A stretch of 63,990 nt of DNA, filler included, from Hyphochytrium catenoides (lineage: Eukaryota; Protista; Hyphochytriomycota), in NCBI GenBank assembly GCA_900088475.1. It is 14 parts of 14 records of this genome, joined end to end, with 100 filler letters (N's around TTAATTAATTAA, not from the genome) between each part and the next. Parts side by side here need not be neighbours in the genome. Positions count along the whole stretch, not along the records: positions 58,131 to 59,837 come from FLMG01001859.1; positions 59,938 to 62,790 come from FLMG01000326.1; positions 62,891 to 63,990 come from FLMG01004201.1; 11 more parts are not named here. One strand, written 5' to 3'. Below are positions 59,576 to 63,990 of this stretch, in pieces. Both the position numbers and the translations under genes were made by a program. A model generated the notes under the pieces. That model did no database searches, was not told where the DNA came from, and saw only the letters and a list, made by a program, of their open reading frames with translations. The stretch's first letter is position 1, and every line of letters begins with the position of its first letter.

Positions 59576-61993
59576 CCCTCCTCTCTCTCTGTGTCTCTCT
59601 GTGTCTCTTTGTCTCTCTCTCTCTCTCTCTTTCTTCTCTTTGTTCTCTCTTCATTTTCCTCTCTCTCTCTAGTCATTTGGTAGAGGTGGAACTTTCTTTG
59701 CCGGCATCTGTTATGCTGTTTAGCTCTTTCCTCTCTCATATTCCTGTTTTGCCAGCGGTATATCCTCTCTCTCCCGAGACACTCCTCTCCTCTTCCTCTC
59801 TCTTCTCTCGCTCACTCTTTCTTCTCTCCTACTACCTNNNNNNNNNNNNNNNNNNNNNNNNNNNNNNNNNNNNNNNNNNNNTTAATTAATTAANNNNNNN
59901 NNNNNNNNNNNNNNNNNNNNNNNNNNNNNNNNNNNNNCTCCGCAACGGACCGGTCTGAGAGAAGTTCAGTCTAAGACCAGAGGACGGACAACAAGCTCAC
60001 TTGTCTTCTCTGCTACTACCTTCTCTAGTCTTCTTGACACGTCCACTGTGGCGCCTCGTCCGCCTGTCCACCGTGGCTCCTCGCCTGCCCTTCTTTCTTA
60101 GTACCTGGATGAGACTGTTTCCTTAGTGCTGTATCGTAAGATAGGACAAACGGGGAATGACTGGAATCAACCATCATTATTTCTAAACAAGCTCAAGTCT
60201 GTGACAGACAACTCCACTGCTGCTGGTTCTTTAGTTAGGGCGCCTGCGTCGCCTTGCCACGAGCTGCCGTCAGAGCTTTTGGCACGCAAAGTGCTGCCCG
60301 ACACGCGGATAGGGTGACGATTCTCTCCGCTCATATATATAGGGGACTAAAAGAAAGAAGCGAGGAGTCAAATGGCCCTTTGGTGACCAGACATATCACT
60401 AGATCTGTGCCCCTTCTCCTCATTTCCCCTCAGTCCCATCTTGCTAAGTCCTCTTCTATTCTTGCCGCCCTCAATAATTCTTCATCTTTTTTCTCTCGAT
60501 CGTTCTCTCTCCTCTCTGATACTGTCTCACACGCTCCTGCTTCTCTCTTTTTTCTCGCACTTCTCTCCCTTTCTCCCTCTTTCTCTCTTCCTTTTAACGC
60601 TAAGCAGGCACAACAGGAGCGTCTTTCGTTGCAAGCACCACCAAGCCTTTTGATGCTTGCAGAGCAACCCTTTGTCGGCGTCGGCCCTCTTTTCTTTTTC
60701 TTGTTTTTCTCTCTCTCTTTCTCTCTCTCTTCATCTCCCTCTTTCTCTCTCCCGTCTCGCCTATTCATTCTCTCTTTTCTCTCTCCTCCCACTCTCTCTT
60801 TCCTCCTCTTCTCTCTCGCGCGCCTTTTTCCTCCCTCTCTTAGAAACAAGCTCCGCTCTTGGTCTGTTTGTTACGCTGCTCTTGGTTTCTCCGCTGGAAA
60901 AAAGCTTTATTATCAGTAGCCAAATGATTATAAAGTATTCGTGGGGTGTTATATGTGAATACTCCGTGTAGTAGTACCATATACTCCTCTGAACTACAAG
61001 CTCTCGCTCTATCTCTTGGAGCTAGCGCTGGGGCCAGGAGGTGGATAGGAGAAGGCGGCGGCGAGAGCGCCGCGGCCTTTAGAGGAACTAGCTTACGAGG
61101 ATGGGTAGTCCGAGACTCCTGGGCCAATGGTTGGCCATCAGCGTAGCGCCTGCTACGAAGGAGGCTGCTCTCATCTCTAGTTCTATCCTTCTCTCCCTCC
61201 TTCTCTCTCTGCTGTTCCTGAGATCGGTTTGCTTCTACTCACAATGTAAATCAGTCAATAAAGTTCGATCTAAGAGAAAAGTCCTTAGAGTCGCCATAGA
61301 AGTCTTCCTCTGCAGAGCTTTGTCAGAGCTGAGGCCTGGCCAGCCGAAGCGAAGACTTAGCTAAACCCATTGACTCACTCTTCTTTCTTACATACTACAT
61401 GGGGGTTCTCTTTCCTCTTCATGGCTGTTGCTGCTGCTTCGTTCATTGCGGCTGCTGCTGCTTCGTTCATTGCTGCTGCTGCTGCTGCTGTCTGCCGTGT
61501 TATTGTGGCAATGTGGCCGCAGCTGAATGAATAAGCGAGCGGCACTTCTGGTCAACTAAGGAGAACCAGCAGTGACTTGCAGGAGCTCTTGCAGGGGCTA
61601 CCATTCTGAAGTGTTACCTGTAAGTATTCCTTGCCTCCCTAATGAGACCACTGGTCCCAATACGCGAGTGGCATAACGCACGTTTTGGGCAAGCGTTAGC
61701 GGATATAACTCACCGGTGGCGGCTATATAGCTGGTGAATAGATGGTTTTCAAGGCCGTTAGAATGCTTTTGCGACCCCTTTATGAAAGGCCAGCATCTTG
61801 GTTTCCTAGGTAGAGAGTTTTGTGTTTTGTTCTTTCTAGCCACTTCTATCCTTGCCCAATAATACTCATTGGTTAAGAAATCCATCCCACCCGCTTTTCT
61901 CCTCACCGTAATGTAATGCTTCTGACCGTCTGACTTGCGTTAGGAGTGTGTATATTCGATGTCCCTTCTGGCCGGGTAGGTCACTGTTTTAGT

Positions 61994-62700
61994 ATACTTC
62001 CTAACTGATACTTCCTAACTGAAGCAGTAAAAGAAGAACAAGAAACGAAAAGAGAAGAAGAAGGAGACGAAGAAGGAGGAGGAGAAGAAGAAGAAGACGA
62101 AGAAGGAGAAGAAGGAGACGAGAGCTACAACGCCCTGGACTCTACAACGGGTTAGGGTTAGGGTTAGTCTCCTCCGCCACCCTCGCCATCAATGTCGTCG
62201 GAAAGGTAAGAAAAATCTTAGTTGAAATTTTCCGCAATACAGCTAGGAGACGGGGGAGGAGAAGAAGAAAGGGGTGAGGCGCCGAGACCATCATCATCGT
62301 CGCGCTTAATCATACAAGCTAGAGCGGGGTCCAACTGCTGAAAAGAAGTACGCTTCACACTTAAATCGCATTCCTTTCATGGATGGCGGCGAAAGAGATT
62401 CTGGTATGGAGAGTCAGAAATTTTGCCAACCGAGACCAATGACCAAGAGAACGGGAAGCCTCAAGGGCGGCACGATCACACTGAAGCTTTACCAGTTGTT
62501 GCGCAAAGTCAAGGACATAGAACGGCATAGCACCACCAACGGACTCCCAGACGAGCGGCACAAACTGTAGCTTCACAGCTTGGCAGAGACCCTCGTACTT
62601 TCTCACCTTCGCTTGTGCAGACAGACGACCTTGATAGCCGCCCATGGACTGCTGCGTAGGGCAGGGTTCTGTATAAGGAAAGGCCTCTTGGTTAGGCTTA
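61994..62700 (-). mobile_element. 5'-truncated CRE-like (RLE-type) non-LTR retrotransposon 3' end, frameshifted
   Basis: AKVRKYEGLCQAVKLQFVPLVWESVGG..VLDFAQQL..RISFAAIHERNA matches the C-terminal half of the restriction-like endonuclease (KxxKY..F.P...E..G..S.A....NA). A 1-nt frameshift near 62362 resumes SVKRTSFQQLDPALAC. Confidence 0.75.
62149..62167 (+). repeat. Interstitial telomeric-type repeat (GGGTTA)3G
   Basis: gggttagggttagggttag read directly. Confidence 0.8.
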
Positions 62701-63254
62701 TCAGAGTGCCGCTACTACTAATCATTTTCATTAATGGATTGTCCCCTTAGACCACAGTCCCATTCCTTACATTTGGTAGCTTTGCACGCGNNNNNNNNNN
62801 NNNNNNNNNNNNNNNNNNNNNNNNNNNNNNNNNNTTAATTAATTAANNNNNNNNNNNNNNNNNNNNNNNNNNNNNNNNNNNNNNNNNNNNGGAGAACTAG
62901 CAGCAGCGTCAGTGGTGGCTCGAGAAAGGGGAAGAGATGAAAGAGAGGACAAAGAAGAAGAGAGAGCAGAGGAAGCGTGGAAAGCAGCAAGAAAGGGAGC
63001 AGAAGGGGCCAACCGGGATAGATTTTTTGACGTTAATGTGGCCTTTATTACTAGAAAAAATTAAGGAGTGACTAGTAGACTACTGTTTTTAAAAGAGGAA
63101 GAGAGATATGAAATATGCACTACTCAAACGAAGAGAAACAAGAGAGACAAGTAGTAGGCCAGAAGGACAGGGAGGAGAAAAAGGAAAGAAGCATGAGGGA
63201 GCTCACCCGGCCACTTTTTTATGTCGCTCATTTTATATATACTCCTACTAACGC

Positions 63255-63716
63255 TACTAACAGACTAATCCTATAAGAAGAAGAAAGAGAAAAAGAAGAA
63301 GAGGAAAGAGAAGAGAAGAAAAGCTAAGAAGCCTTAGGCTCTTCCATCATCTCAGCTCGACCTGCTCCCTGCTCATCATCAGTAAATGAAGAATCATAGT
63401 TGATTTCCTCAGTAATGATGAGCGGAGAAGAAGGAGGAGGAGGAGGTAACCATCAGCAACCATGTCATCATCATCAACCAAGGCATCACCAGCAACCAAC
63501 ATGTCAACACCGGCGAGCTCAGCCGTCGCGAGAAGACAAGCAAGAGAAGGGTCCAGCTGTTCAGGAGGAACGCGCTTCAAAATTTGAAGTGCATTTTCTT
63601 CGTGAATGGCCAAAGACACTCGCGTGTGAAGGCGTAAGCCCATAGCTAAGCGAGACCAAGGGCCAAGATGCCGAGAACCATCAAGGGCGGAGCGGTCACA
63701 TTGAAGCTTCACCAGG
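63255..63716 (-). mobile_element. Second, diverged 5'-truncated copy of the same CRE-like family
   Basis: VKLQCDRSALDGSRHLGPWSRLAMGLRLHTRVSLAIHEENALQILKRVPPEQLDPSLAC aligns with copy 1 VKLQCDRAALEASRSLGHWSRLAKFLTLHTRISFAAIHERNA..QQLDPALAC. Confidence 0.8.
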
Positions 63717-63990
63717 TACTAACAGACTAATTCTAGAAGAAGAAGAAAGAGAAGAACAAGAAGAGGAAGAAGAAGAAAAGAAAAACTAAGAAGCCTTTTA
63801 GGCTCTTCCAGCATCCCAGCTCGAACCTGCTCCCTGCTCATCATCAGTAAAAGAAGAATCAGAGTTGATTTTTTTCTTTTTTGGTTGGGTTCTCTTCTTT
63901 GTTACTTAGCAAACTAGTCTAGGAGAAGAAGAAAGTGAAGAAGAAGAAGAGAAAGAGAAGAAAAGCTAAGAAGCCAACTAATCTAGGAGA
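63717..63990 (-). mobile_element. Further tandem 3'-terminal fragments of the same element
   Basis: 63717-63871 repeats 63255-63406 (tactaacagactaat..ctaagaagcc..ggctcttcca..cctgctccctgctcatcatcagtaaa.gaagaatca.agttgattt). Shorter repeats of the terminus start at 63912 and 63976. Confidence 0.7.

Noticed and set aside
61422-61495. 24-bp tandem gctgctgcttcgttcatt units
   Set aside because: Only two units within a CTG microsatellite, with no spacers and no supported gene.

Overview
This is not one locus. It is 14 eukaryotic contigs joined by artificial N-padded TTAATTAATTAA spacers, so adjacency across spacers is meaningless. The organism is an intron-rich protist; a stramenopile is plausible but unproven. 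Spliced genes reconstructed by hand: plant-type EF-hand two-pore channel (3' half), TRAPPC12 (3' end), DUSP12/Yvh1, ALYREF, plant-type PEX22, a PAP2-fold protein with altered catalytic motifs, MPPE1/PGAP5, an EB1-like CH protein, mitochondrial-targeted LeuA, PDCD2, an LRR protein, a TFIIS-N protein, a DUF3755-like C-terminus, a GH30 glucosylceramidase, a Kv-like channel N-terminus, an intronless 887-aa membrane protein with a RING-like tail, and a possibly bacterial-type K+ channel N-terminus. The sequence alternates between compact DNA with ~50-70 nt introns and DNA flooded with (AG)n/(CT)n repeats. Most ORFs in the supplied track are artefacts of those repeats. The best candidate for an undescribed system is in the last two contigs: CRE-like (restriction-like endonuclease) non-LTR retrotransposon 3' ends stacked head-to-tail, one related copy carrying (TTAGGG)n telomeric repeats in its 3' region. 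All family assignments come from recalled motifs; no database search was run.
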